Part shown: one piece after another, positions 40,007-53,093 of the stretch | Numbering within the stretch: the stretch's first letter is position 1 | Layout of the letters: each line of letters starts with the position of its first letter | NCBI GenBank assembly: GCA_028534125.1 | Contig: CM052816.1 | Location: 42,658,001 to 42,722,000 of the forward strand | Direction of reading: 5' to 3' | Length of the DNA stretch: 64,000 nucleotides | DNA from: Lama glama | Lineage: Eukaryota | The notes under the pieces: generated by a model | What the model was told of the DNA's origin: nothing | Database searches by the model: none | The model's input: only the letters and a program-made list of their open reading frames with translations | Translations under genes and position numbers: made by a program

Positions 40007-40332
40007 GATCTCAAATCCAAGGGCAGGGCGGCGACTCGGAGAAAAGAGGCTCCTCACGGCCTCTCGCGGCCCGTCGGCGGCGTATTTGCCCGCAATCAGT
40101 TCATCCCCGGCCGCGTCCCCCTAGCGCGCCTCCATAGCTGCGCGGCCGACGCAGCGCGGGCCGGCGCGAGCCAGCGAGCGAGCGAGCCAGGGGGGCCGGG
40201 GGCGTGCGAGTCCGGCCGTGTGCGCGCTGCCAGCCAGTCAGGAAGTGCCCGGGAACATCCCCCGCCGCCGAGAGTCGCCGGGCGCCGCAGCCCCGCTCCG
40301 CCGCGCTCCCCCGGCCCGGCAGCTGTCGCCTC

Positions 40333-40378
40333 CTGCTGCCGCTCCTGCTGCTTGCTGCTGCTGCTGCTCCTCCTCCTT
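40333..40378 (-). repeat. Imperfect GAG/CAG trinucleotide tract in the RHOBTB3 5'UTR
   Basis: Plus strand reads ctgctgccgctcctgctgcttgctgctgctgctgctcctcctcctt. Confidence 0.8.
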
Positions 40379-41789
40379 CTGGCCCAGAAGGGGTGAGGAG
40401 AAAAGCCGGGCCTCCGCCCCCTCGGCGGGCTGGGCAGGCGGGAGCAGCACGTGCCGGCCTTGGGGGTCGGCGAACGTGGGGGCCGCGCTCCCCGCTGAGG
40501 CCCCGGAGCCCGGGCGGCGGCCGCGGGATACAAAGGAGCGGCCCACACGGGGCGCCGCGGAATATAAATTAATAAATACAGCGCCCCAGTCCGGGAGCTC
40601 CCGATCGCCAATCCGCCTGCAGCAAGTTTGTTCAACTCGAAAGGCTGTAACCAGAGCCAGGAAAGGGGGGTGGGGCTGGGGCGGTGAGGCCCCTGCTCCC
40701 TAAAGACTGGAAGAAAAGAGGTGAGGGAAGCTGGAGACTCCAGCCCGCTGGTCGCTGCAGCCACCCGATTTTTTTCTCCTCTTGGTCTTGATCAAAAGTG
40801 TTTTACCACGTCTGCCGCTTTATCTTTCGTCAACGTGTACTACAGCTGTTTTCTAGAATCATACTTGTCAGAAAAACATAAAGGCAACATTCATGCTGGT
40901 GCAGAAATGGTTCTTTGTTCGCACACCAATTAATTCTCTAATACCGCTTTGGGAGGATTATTGACTACTGCAAGCTATATTTAGCATCTTTTACCAAAAA
41001 CTGTTCTTTTTTTTTTTTTTAAGTATTGCGGTTCTTACTGTGATAGTTTTAGAAAGTAGTTACGTGTGAGGTGTTTAACGTGTTTACAAGCTAAACGCTA
41101 GTTTACTGGGAGGTTTTTGAATACACATTATGGCTACATGTTTAACAGCGCCTCAGACCAAATGAAAAAATAATGATCATGCTAATGGCAAGGATACTTT
41201 AGATTCTTTGATGATAAGGCACTGAAGTAAAGGTTATGAATGTCCCTGAAGGGCCTCAGACTACCTCAGTGCAAATGAATACTGGAATCCACCAATTCCA
41301 AAAAGGGCCAGAGTTTACTCTGGGGCTCCACTTCTCCCTAAACATGAAAATTCTTACAAGTGCTCTGTGTTGAAAGAGTTCTTGTTTATCTCTTATTTAT
41401 TTATTTATTTAGCCCTACTTTAACGTGTTGCTGTTTCTTTTCTCAACAGAGCTATTTTGAGGGTATGGAACAGGAGGTGCTGAGTAGTGCAGTGAAAAGA
41501 CTAGGGTAAGAGGCCTTGGGAATGTGAACAGCATTTTATTATGGGCCCTGGTTGCTCTGCTGAAAGTAGTTTAATAGTTTCTCATGCTCAGATACGGTAT
41601 AATGGGAGGCATCCTTTATATAGTCACTGATTTTTTAAAAAATCTAATTTCTGTTTGCACTCAAGTGTAATTTCTCTTTTAGTCTCTAGAATCTAAACTA
41701 TCCTGAAATATTTAAGAATACAAGATCACATTTTCTCTTGGGTCATCAGTTCCTTCTGGTTACCATAAGTCAAAAAAACTAAGACACTG

Positions 41790-42142
41790 AAATGGATGAA
41801 TGGATAGAGAGAATGTGGTATATTACACACAATGAAATATTTAGCCTTAAAAGAGAGAGAGGTCCTATTGTATGTTGCAACGTGAATGAATCTTGAGGGC
41901 AATAAGCTAGTCATAAAAAAGACAAATACTGCATTATTCCACTTATATGAGGTATCTAAGGTATTCAAACTCTTAGAGGCTGAGGGGAGAGGGAAATGAG
42001 TTCAATGAGTATAGAGTTCCCTTTTTTTAAGATGAAGATGTCTAAAGATCTGTTGCAAACAAGGTGCATACAGTTAACATTAATGCACACTTAAAAATGG
42101 TTAAGATGATAAGTTTTATGTTATATGTTTTTTACCACAATA
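41790..42142 (+). mobile_element. L1MB-type 3' end
   Basis: aatggatgaatggata...gacaaatactgcattattccacttatatgaggtatct...acttaaaaatggttaagatg...ttttaccacaat. Confidence 0.8.
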
Positions 42143-42799
42143 CAGAGAGGGAGAGAGAGAGCTTGAGTGTTAGAGTTGGCTGGGAAGTGGCAGAAAGGGA
42201 AGCCGCATTCATTTTTCTCTCAGTTATTGAGCATGTGAGCCAGGCTTGTGCTGGGAAGGCATGGGAGATACTAAAATACACAAGACTCAGTTCCTGCCTT
42301 TGGGAAGCTAAATCTATTATTAATGGTCACTATATTGTGAATATTAATGCATCCACTTCAATAGTGAAAGCATACTGATTCCTTAAAAATTATAATACAG
42401 GCTTATGCATTCAGTAATAGAGGTAGGTACAAAGTATGAAGATAAAGTCGAATGTACATTAAAAAGAGATCAGTGCCTTCAGAGAGAAGTTCATGGAGGA
42501 AGTAACCATTGTCTTGGTATTAAAAGATGAGGAGTTTGCTAGATTTGGAGGAAGGGGAGGTTAGAAGCATTGTAAAGAATGGACGACCATCATATGCAAA
42601 TCACATGCAAAGGTGTAGAGGCACGGAAGATTGTGGCTTGTTCAGGGAACAGCAAGAGCTACAATTAGTGCTATGTTCTGATCTCTTTATTATAACAGGC
42701 AGAAAAGAGAGTGGTAGAGACTTCCTAAGAGATTTCCAAAGTCAGACCTGGTGATACTCAAGTTATAGATTGGGAATCCCTTAGACCAACCTTTGTATC

Positions 42800-43185
42800 T
42801 ATAACAAAGCCTGATTGGATGCTCACCAAACCCATTTTCTCTTCCAGGACCCATAGAAGAACTACATTTCCCAAAGTGTTTGCATGTACATAGGGCCCCG
42901 TGATTAATTCTTACTAGTGGAACATGACCCCTGCTGAGCAGTTAAGAGGTATGCCTTCTCCATTTTTTTTTTATCTTCCATCTACCAACTGGATGAAGCC
43001 AGATCAACCTTGAAGCCATGTGTTTGAATTTGTTAATCTACAGCATGGGTCCCTGAATGACGGATTATAGCAGAAGCTCCTCACAGCATGCATTGTACTT
43101 TGATATGAGTGAGAAAATAGATCTTAAATATTGAGTTAAGCCAGACATTTTGGGGTCAATTATTACACCAGCTAGTATTACTTAT
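42800..43185 (+). mobile_element. MaLR LTR (MLT1I/J-like)
   Basis: actacatttccca...tgggtccctgaatgac...tgagtgagaaaat...gttaagcca. Confidence 0.55.
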
Positions 43186-45299
43186 TTTGGTTAATATAAT
43201 ATCACAGATGGTCCATTTCCTGGTATCTTAAAGACTCTTTTCATAATTATTTTAAGACTACTTTTTAAATAATTATTTCCCCTTTATTTACAAATTTTAT
43301 TTGGTTTATATGTTTGTAGTTTCCCTCATTAATAGCATTAATTTTTTTTCACTTTTACCAGAGTGTAACAAATTGGATTATCATATGTCCTCCAACCTCA
43401 AGGTCACTGTGGAACACACAAGGAAGGTCCTTCAACCCAAACAGTATGTTTTTCTATTTTCGAGGCTGGAATGCCACCATTTCATATTCATTCTGCTGGA
43501 TGTTCTTACCCCTAGATGAAATGTAACCACATGTCAGTGTAAGGTACGTGTAAGATAACTTGGCCAGCTATTACTGGTCCCCGGACTGTGAATATTTATA
43601 TTCCAGCCTTTGGAAATCATGCTATCTCCTTAATGACTAGAGAGAAAACAAGTGTTGGTAAGGGCAGGTCTGAAGAGCTAGGCTTGGAGTAAGATTTTCC
43701 AACCATATTTCAAGGAAACTAGGTTTCCACCAAGGAATCTGAGGAGGTGGGGGAGAAAGATGCCTAGGGAGATCTGAGCACCTCCCCCTTTCATCTCAGT
43801 CAGTCAGAGCAGTCTTATTGACATCTTTATTTTTTTTAATTAGAGTTTCATGTTTATTTTCATTAAAAAGAAGGGATTTCTAATGTTAAAAACAAAATTT
43901 AGGGGAGTAGAAAATGACTACTGGAATTCCAGAATAAAGTATTGAATTTTTATTTACAAACACATATTTTTTACCAAAAATTAAAAAAAAAGGGGAAAGA
44001 AATTAAGCTCTCCTAATATTTAACATGACTATTGGTAGTGGCACCCCAACCTGATCTGTAAGGGGGCAGGCTCCTGGGGCGTTTTGGGGAGAGGATGGGA
44101 GCACAGCAGCACACAGCTGGGGGAGGCGAGGGCTCTCTGCTTTGTTCACTCTCAACGTATTGCCACATGTTGCAGTTTCTGTATCTGACTAAATGGATTT
44201 ATGGATGATATTTAAGTAAACTATTACAGCATGGACCAATGGAGACAGTGTTGATAATGCAAGAGCAAGCAAATGCCATGGGCTGAGTGGACGTTTCTGG
44301 CACCCTTTGGGAGCCACACTGCAAGATCAAAAACTAACAGCTGATCAGACCTGACAAGAAGTTGGCCATAATGATTAAAATGATTTTTAAAACTAAGTTT
44401 GGATTTACATTTACTTTTGCTAACATCAACTTTACCCAAAGTGTGTATTAAAGTTAATAGATAATGATGCTCTGAACCAGTCACAATTAGCTAACCACTT
44501 GAAAACTAGACATCCAAACTCCAGTAGAAAGCTCAACAGTATTTCCAGCATATTTAAGGGATGTAGCATTCAAGCCAATACTTTAAAGAAAACTCACCAA
44601 TTATAAATACCATGAAGCCTCTTCTGAGCTTTCTTAAAACTGAAAAGTCAAAAAGCAACACACCAGTGGGAAGACAGTTTTCTTCTTGTGAAGAGAAAAA
44701 TATTTGAAATAATACATGGAGCACAAATGGGAAAAAACAGCATTCCTTTGATAGCAAAGACCTTGAAAACATGCATATAAAACATTGCTAAAGACTCAAA
44801 AACACAAGCTTGGAACATGTTGCACAATGTGGGGAATTTATTGTAAGGTTAAACTGAAAGCACAAAAGTTTTTAATATGTCTCATGCTATGGTATATCAT
44901 AGATTCTGTTTCAGTGTGGTATTTACTAGATTGTGTTTCAATTATGAAATACATTTTTAAATGACAATTCTGTAAACCACTGAAGGAAAGCTATAGTAGA
45001 GAAGATATTCTTTTTCTATTATATCTTTCAATGATATATGCAATAATAATTGACTTTTAAAAAATAAAAGCTGTGTTTTATGCAAAAGTTGTGTAAGTGT
45101 AACCACTGATGGATGAGTTACTTAGACTAAAAAAAGGGTTTTTTTAAAGAAAGGAAGCATTCCTCCAAACTAAAGTTGCAGTGAGAGCAACAACATGAAA
45201 TTCATTTAAGATATATCTCATACACCAGTTATTCCAGCAAAGAAGCTGGAGCCAGAAACTGAGGTTAATTTTGTTAAAAACAAGACTTGTGTAGTAGTG

Positions 45300-46010
45300 T
45301 TTTTTTTTTAATTCTTCACTGTGAATATAACACACATACAGAAAAGTGCATAATACCTGTGTACATAGTTAATAATTGTAAAAGAAACATTCCTAAGCAA
45401 TCTCACAGGCCAGAAAATAGAGCATTATCAGCATTCATGCAAGGGTGCACACACTCACACTTCCACACACACAGACATACACACATACCACTGGTGCCCC
45501 TTCTCAGTTACAGTCCTCTTTTTTTTTTTCCTTAGAGATAATCATAAGCCTGACTTTTGTGATGATTATTTGTTTATTTTTCCTTACAGTTTTACCACCT
45601 ATATGTGCATTCCTAAACTAATATTTTGGTTCTTTTCTTTGAACTTCATATAAGTGATATCACACTATAACACATTCTTTTGTGTCTTTGTTCTTATTCT
45701 CATCATCATTTGTAAGATTCATTTATGCTGTTGCAGGTGTGGTTTATCCCTTTCATTCCTTTTTATTGCTGAACAGCAACCAGTGCATATATAAATAATC
45801 ATTATCCACTCCATTGTAGATGGACATGTAGGTTATTTCTGATTTTTGCCTATTACAAATAAAGTTGCTAGGATCACTCATTTTAAAATATAGTATCTTG
45901 GTAGGTCTGCTGGGTCACAGAGAATGTGTGTGTCCAACTGTGGTAGATAATACCAGCTGATTTCAAAAGTGATTTTAAGTATTACACTCCCAAGAGCAGG
46001 GCATGAGAAT
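45300..46010 (-). mobile_element. L1ME-like fragment
   Basis: tgtagatggacatgtaggttatttc...gctattacaaataaagttgcta-type motifs; approximate bounds. Confidence 0.6.
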
Positions 46011-46034
46011 TCTCCCTATGTTCCTTTACATACT

Positions 46035-46275
46035 TAAATATATTTACTATATACCAGATATCATATTAAGTGCTTTACAAATATTGACTTATTTAATTCT
46101 CATAACAACCCTTCTGAGAAGGATCTATTACTATCCAAATTTACAGGAGAGAAAATTGTGGCATGGAGAGGCTAAGTAACTTGTCCACAACTGTAGAAGT
46201 AGTGAGAATCCAGGAGCTGACATTCTAACTTAAGACAACTGGCTTCAGGCTCTGTGCCATTACCTGCTATGCTAT
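46035..46275 (-). mobile_element. MIR SINE
   Basis: ttaattctcataacaaccct...attttacaggagagaaaattgtggcatggagaggctaagtaacttgtcca. Confidence 0.75.
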
Positions 46276-49200
46276 GTTGATATTTGAAAATATTTCCTTT
46301 GTTACGTAATTTTTGTGATGGAAAAAAATGTATGTAACCTATAAAAACTCTGATATCGTATAGAATTTTTGGATCCACTTAAGTAACATTAGGCAAGATG
46401 GAAAAGTACACATCAGATTTAACCACAATCTTTGCATAATGAGTGATGAGACTGAAAAATAAGTGTAATTTAGTAATCCAGCTAATGAAGCAGTTCTTCC
46501 ATTTAAATGCCCATATTTTTGTGAACTCTTTTCAGAGAACCTTTAAATAAACTGAATATAAAAGCAGGTATCTGCATTGCTGTATCACAAAATGTTGAAC
46601 CAAGATTTAAAAAATGAGGCACATTCAGTTATTGTTCTCCCTAAAAGCTTTGTTCACAGTAACATTTTAGAGAAAAGAATACTTTGTATTATTATTAGTA
46701 ATACATTTTAAAATTATTTAAAATATGATTTACTTCAATCTCATCTATTTAAAATTTTCTGTTTCAGTATGTTTTATTGTATTCATAATATATTAACAGT
46801 AATATATGCACATCAAATTTATAAAGATTGGGGGTATGCTCAAAATTCTTTCTGATAGGGAATTCAGTCAAAAAAGGTTTGGAGACCACTAGTCTGGTGT
46901 GTAAGGCTGTGCCCTAGAGAGCAAGCTTAGAAGGATACCACAGTGGAGTCCTGAGCTGCCAGGAAGCAGAACAGGGCACCAGGCTGGCTCCTGGGGCGAA
47001 GGAGGCTGTGAGAGAGGAAGTAAAAGGGAGATAGGAGAAGCTAACACAGATAAACTGCAAACCTACTTGCCTAGAAATCAGCCCAGTGAAAAATGTATTT
47101 GTATTGTTTTAACTAATCTAATGAGAGAGAGAAAGTTTGCAAATTTACACAAAAATCATAAAATTCAAGATTAACTTTTTTTTTTTTTTTTAACAAGAGC
47201 TTGCACGTATGTCACGTAGAGCAACCTCAGCAAAGTCATGTACCAGGGTCAGTAACCATACAGTCAGTCAGTCATGAGAAAAGTTGACTTTACTCATTTT
47301 ATTACCTGTATAATTCTTCCCAGAGAGATAGTCAACAGTTTTCTTTTAAACTGTGGATTTCTTCTAAACTGCAAGGCTGCATTATCATCCGTTCTGTTTG
47401 GAGAAGCTAAAGTGAAAATGAAGTGAGTTACCTGTTTGCAAAATCCAAATATCCTAAATTCTTTCAGAAAAGGTCTAAAATGTTCACTGGTTTGTTTGAA
47501 ATTATATTATCCACCCACCCCTATAATTGTGCCTAATCATGTTTTTGAAACAATTGTCCTGTTTTTCAGTTAATGTTACTTTAAAAAATGCCAGAACATA
47601 TGTTCCTTCAAATCAGGATTGCCTGTTTCTCACCAATATTTTTCAAAGGTGTGAACTTCAAAGAAACCTAGTTGGTTGGTCTTTAATATGCCTGCTCTGT
47701 TATTTAGTCCTGGAAAAATATACATGCAAGTATCATAATCAAGCACTGTTGATTGGGTCATTTATTTATGCATACTATTTTTTGAAGTTTTCCATTTGTA
47801 GCCATACAGAAATACAGGATATTAGATTTAAATGGTGTAATACTTTGCTGATAGACCTCCTTTTTGAAGAACTCGAATACATTAAAAAACAAATTGTTTT
47901 CAATATTTCTATCATCTGGCTCTAGCTTTAACTGTAATAAAAGTTATGCCAGTTCCAGTGGTAAATCCCTGCTAAATCTTTCCCGTCTCGTGTGCTCCTT
48001 TTGCTTGCCCTGTTCAGGTACGTGCATCTCTGCCATGGCCACCAGCTGGGCATGACCCCACCTGGGGCATTTCACAAGCACACTTTCAGATGTTCTCCTT
48101 TTTCATTCAACAGCAATCACGAGCTGCTTAATGTGACTTCTCCCCTCACACATTGCTGCTGATCTTATTTTTCTAGACTTGCTTTTTACTTTTCACTTCT
48201 GAGTTTATAATCCTGTCTGCCGTGACAAACTCTTTTTACAGTGAACAGAAATTGAAATTTTCTTAATGATCTTTTTTTCTGAGGAAATCCCTACTGATAC
48301 CATTAAATACTAAGTTGGCAGCTTGTATCCTTGGTGAATATTCCTTTTGGCATTCTCACAGATCACCTAGCTAACGTGAAGGGTAATGTTTTCGCTTTCT
48401 TTTTTCCCCGCTTCTCACTCTCTCCAGAGATCCCCGGGGCCTCATTCTTACTGACACTCCTCTCCATGCTCTTGTTTAGAACCCATTCAATTTAAAAAAT
48501 CTAAATCTGGGATTTGAGAATTATTTTTGATGAGGATTGCCTTCTCTTACCTTCAAATTAAAACATTGCGTGTGATTATTCTCATCTCTCTAGCTATACT
48601 AGCAGTTTCTCTCCCTTTCCCCCACCCTGCTATAGCCAGATCCAAACCCCCTTTCCAACCAATAGCTGCCCTGCTCCCACAGGGCTGATATAGTTTCTGC
48701 TAATGGGGCTTGTGCCACATGCTCCCTCAAGATGTTCTGGTGTCACAAACTCCTTTCTGAGTTAGGACCAGGCTGAGACCAGGCAATTCAATCTACATTA
48801 AAAGGTATTCAGGCATTTCTCAGTGAAGTGATAAATAGGAAAAACAAAAAGCAAAGGTGCTTCTGGACCAATCCCAATGGCAAGCAGAGCCTCAGACTTT
48901 CCACTGAACATCCCCCAAATGAGAGGTATTTGAGCAAAGCCACTAACATTACCATCCGCAACCTCCCACCCAGGTAGCAGCATAAGTTGCCCACCAAAAA
49001 AAACCCAGGATTTTTTTGTCTTCTCAAGTTTTGCCTTTAAGCCATAGCATATCAGTTGTTGATTTAATATAAAAATAAGAATTATCAATTAAAAAAGTTA
49101 AAAAAATAATAAGAATTAAATTACTTGACATTAGGTAAAGTTAAAGGATGGGTATTGTATATACTGTGACTTCTTTCACATACCATGGTTTAATACCATG

Positions 49201-52200
49201 GAAATTGACAAATCTTAGGGAGAATTTGTGAAATTCTGAGGGGTGAGAAAACTCTTTCCTTCTAATGAAATCTGGAAAGAAATGATATTTTGTTGAACTA
49301 CTTAGTTAAAACTATCTTTTTGTGGGTGAACTGAAACAGAAGAATAATCAGTAATTGTTACTGGAATGTTTGCCACGTTGGAAAAAAAATCTTGTTTTTA
49401 CAGGTCATTATGTCTAACTCTTCAGAATTGTGGGAAAGTTCTATGATTCTATGAACAAAAAGAATGAGACACTCAGAAATGTGCAACCCTGGCATAACTC
49501 AAGAAGCAATGAAGTATAGCATAATACAAAAAATACAAAACAGGCCAAAAAAGCAGTTTCCTTTGCTTTGTTTTGTTACAAGTGTTTTAGTACTCACTCA
49601 CTAGCTGTAGCCTGAAAATGGAACAGTCTGTCACTAGGTCGCTACCCATGAACAGTCACAAGCTGTACACAATTAGTAACTCCCCACGCTAGACTCTAGA
49701 ATTAGGAGGCATTTTTCAGCCAGTGTATTTTAGTAACTCACCATGGTTTCTAATAAATTACTCAGTCCTCTTGCATTAGCGATGATTACAACAATGTTTT
49801 GCTAACGACTCCTTCGTGTCTCAAAGATTTTTATTGCAGGAGGTCAAATTGATTTAAATAGAGTTGCTGTTCTAAACAACCATGCTAGAAATGTCACAGG
49901 GAGAGGCCAGCTGGGCTGCTCAGGCCAGCCTCAGGATGACATTGCCTCAGTCAAGTCATATTTTCCAGGGCTCATTCCTTGGTTTTGCAAGTCCAGAAAC
50001 TTTATTTTGTCAGGGTGCCCAGAGTTGATCATACTCAAGGGATGAAGTTTGTGCTAACTCAATACACAAGAGGCCAGTGTGTAAACTAGAATAACAATTT
50101 GTTCATTTATAATGAGAAGGTTAACTATCAAAGGGTCTTGAAATCTAGGATACGTGGCCAACCTTCTTTTCCCTGTAGGAAAGTCTACATGGGAAGCCCT
50201 TTGTTTCCCTTTCAGTTTAACAAACATTTATTAAGTACCTAAGGTACAGGTCATCTTGTTCCCAAGGATATTTTGCATTATGGCAGCACTGAATTATTAT
50301 AGAGACAACATTTTCCAGAGAAAACTGCATTGAACAATTTATGCCTTGATCAGTTTTCTTAAGTTTTCCCTTCTAATTAACAGATACAGCCTTTTAGAAG
50401 AGACTAATGTCTGCTGCATGATGGAATTACCTACAAAGATCATCCAACAACCACATTCACAAAGCCACCTTCTAAATATGGTTATTAACCCAGAGCTTCA
50501 AAGGAATCTGATAACCTGCTGAACAGGTATGCAAACAACTATGTATAATACACATGTGTTTTTTACTACTAGATTCTCATATCAAGGAATGACCTAAAAA
50601 CTCAAAGTCTTCCAGAGCCTACCCAGGCATCTAGGCCACCAGTACCACCCAGTACTCAATATCAGGGTATTTCTAGGGCAAATTCTTCTTGAAAACTTTA
50701 TAGCCAGTTTAACCTAACATGCCCTGATATCCTTATTACAGTTCCAGCTATACCTTATCCTGGTCATCTAGGTTTACTTATGCTTTGCTTTCTGCCAAAC
50801 TTTCCTAGTTTACCTTGTGGAATTCCAATCAGAGTGGAGGCGGAGAACCAGACCATTACTCCTCCAACCTCTTGAAGAACTTCTGTGCTTCTTAGATCCA
50901 AGAGAAACTATCCTCCCCTCTCCCTCTCTCCTGTCGCTGTCATTTAGCAACCTTCCAGTCAGCTGCCCACCTCACCCTCTTACACATATGCTGTTCGTTG
51001 TTTTTCTCTCCACCCCAGTAAGTCCATAGTCTTCAGTGATGTCAGTGTCCGCATGAATTATCCTTTCAACATCTTAGCCTCTTTATCTTCAGTGACTTTC
51101 ACTTCTACTCCACTTCAACCCATCTGTTCCATTGTCAGAACACAGGTATTCTCACCCCCTGCAATTGCTACTGCATTCTAAACAATGCATTCCAATATTC
51201 TACAACCTGAACACGCAACTTTTCACCCTTCTGTTTCCATCACTCAGTTGCTCCTTACTCATGCTCTTATAGAATCTCCAAACTCTGACCCTTCCACTTC
51301 CTCCCTCTCTGCTAGCCCTCTTCTGTCTTCATTTCCTTCCCTTTGCATTTGAGATTTCATAGTGCGTTTCTTATCGCTATGCTCACGTGCCTTGTTCTAT
51401 TGTCCTTCAGTCCAAAACCTCAACAACTCTGGATCAACCCAGGTGTCTAATTTTTTATACCCATCTCTGGATTGCTAAATTTTACTGTAGAAAATCACAT
51501 AATTCTGCAGATTAATGGTGCTACAGATTCATGGTCTCCATCTTCAATCGGACATTCAGTACTGCCTGGCAAACCTAGTAAATGCTCTTGTTTTCAAAAG
51601 TGGCCCAAACCTTCTCACTGTCCACCAAGTCTGACTTTGGCATCTTGCCCTCTTCTCCCCCCTCATGTTTTATGTCACAGAGAAAAAGGAAGCATCAGAT
51701 AGGGAACTCTCCTGAGCTTCCCATTGCTAAGCTGACAAATTTATGTGAAGCCACATACATCCTTTTTTTCCCCTTTCAGTCACAGTGCAATAAATATCTT
51801 TCATCTTATTCAAGGTTAGTCCCTTTGGCTATGTGTGCTTCTCCTTTTGACTTTAGAGGGACTGCACGCCATCTATTTCCTCTTTTCCTCCTGTGTCTTC
51901 AACATTTACCTCTTTACTGATCTTTACTATCAGCATTTAAACATGTCCAAGTCTCCAGCTACTATTCTTTTCCCCTCTCTGGCTGGAAGCAATTTTTTTT
52001 TTAAGTTCTGAGTTATTTAGTTCTTTCACTGGTTAGGACTTACATGCTTGTCTGTAATAAATTTTCTAGTTTTTTAAACAGACTTGTTTTAAGTGTTACA
52101 AACTCGCTCACCCGGAAAATAATTACGATTTTTAGATTATTATACAAGTTCCTATTGTGGAGCATTGTTTTCTTATTTAAACTTTTAAATTATGAAATAT

Positions 52201-52631
52201 ACAAAAAAGCACAAGACATAAATGTATAGTTTAATGAATAATCATAAGACAAATACTCATTTAGCCACCATCCAATCAAGGAAATACCCCCAACCCATGT
52301 GTCTCCTCTGGGTCATTACCTTCTCAGCCTTCTGGAGGTGACCACCATTCTGAATTTTATGGTAATAGTTTCCAAGCTTTTTTTTTTTTTTATGAGTTTA
52401 ACTCTTTCTTTGCCTGTCAAGGCCTGTTCTTCTCTCTTCTCCACCCTGCTCTGTATACTGGGAAGCTAGCTTGTATGAACTATATCAACAGGCTCCTCTT
52501 CCTTTCTGGCTTCTAGTTGCATTTAAGCAATGGGGAGATCAGAGAGGGCAGAATGAGACAGGGTATTTCCCTCCCCTGGTCCTCTCCTATAGCATCTCTC
52601 CAAGGGCTAACTGGACTGGTTTTGTCACTGA

Positions 52632-53093
52632 CGGTACTCACTGGGGTCAGCCAGAGAAACAGAATCAATAAGGTATGTGAGTGTGGGTGTATACATATAA
52701 AAACACTGTTATATATACATACATATAAGAGAGAGAGAGAGATTTATTTTAAGGAATTGGATTATGTAATTGTGGAGGCTTGGTAAATCCAAAATCTGCA
52801 GGTTAGGCCAGCAGGTTGGAGACCTGGGGAAGAGTGTAGATCAAGTCCAAAAGCAGTCTGCCCTCAGACTTCCTTCTTAGTTGGGGAAGTCACTCTTTGT
52901 TCTATTAAGGCCTTCAACTCATTGGATGAGGCCCACCAATATTATGGAGGGTAATCTGTTTTACTCGAAACCCACTGACTTAAATGTTAATTTCATATTA
53001 AAAAACAATATTTTAATAGAAATGCAGGAAAGATTTGACCACCTATCTGGGCATTATGGCCCAGCCAAGATGACGTATAAAATTAACCATCAT
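52632..53093 (-). mobile_element. MLT2-type (ERVL) LTR nested in an LTR33-like element
   Basis: ccagagaaacagaa...gatttattttaaggaattgg...ttggatgaggcccacc..attatggagggtaatctg...aaaattaaccatca. Confidence 0.75.

Larger units (their letters stand above)
1..40540 (-). other. RHOBTB3: RHOBTB3 gene span (3' end truncated by the window edge; TSS approximate)
   Basis: Eleven coding exons splice in frame (2+226+187+155+112+366+113+121+174+167+97 = 1720 nt) into MSIHIVALGNEG...QKPEFQDLS, the atypical Rho-like domain plus two BTB domains of RhoBTB3. No final exon is found in 1-997. Confidence 0.97.
39320..40780. promoter_or_regulatory. RHOBTB3: CpG island / RHOBTB3 promoter and 5'UTR exon
   Basis: Very GC- and CpG-rich; GC boxes (gggcgg/ccgccc), ETS-like caggaagtg (40239), CCAAT at 40608-40612, AT block at 40561-40578. 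Confidence 0.9.

Noticed and set aside
39475..40020. 181-aa ORF suggesting an N-terminally extended RhoBTB3 through intron 1
   Set aside because: Starts at TTG with no ATG upstream of exon 2 in that frame; the AT|G splice explains the known N-terminus exactly.
39815..40764. Long ORFs in the RHOBTB3 CpG island (193 aa +, 222 aa -, 161 aa +, 122 aa +)
   Set aside because: Low-complexity Ala/Arg/Pro/Gly sequences, several frames open at once and mostly non-ATG starts; expected from GC-rich, stop-poor DNA.
43940..45070. AT-rich 3'UTR-like stretch with AATAAA at both ends (minus ~43950, plus ~45063), possible processed pseudogene
   Set aside because: No poly-A tail with TSD, no coding homology and no recognisable parent gene; a BLASTN against mRNAs would be needed.
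47324..47421. Possible plus-strand non-coding exon (ttcttcccag|...AATGAA|gtgagt)
   Set aside because: Splice-like motifs only, with no linked exons or ORF; cannot be supported without transcript data.
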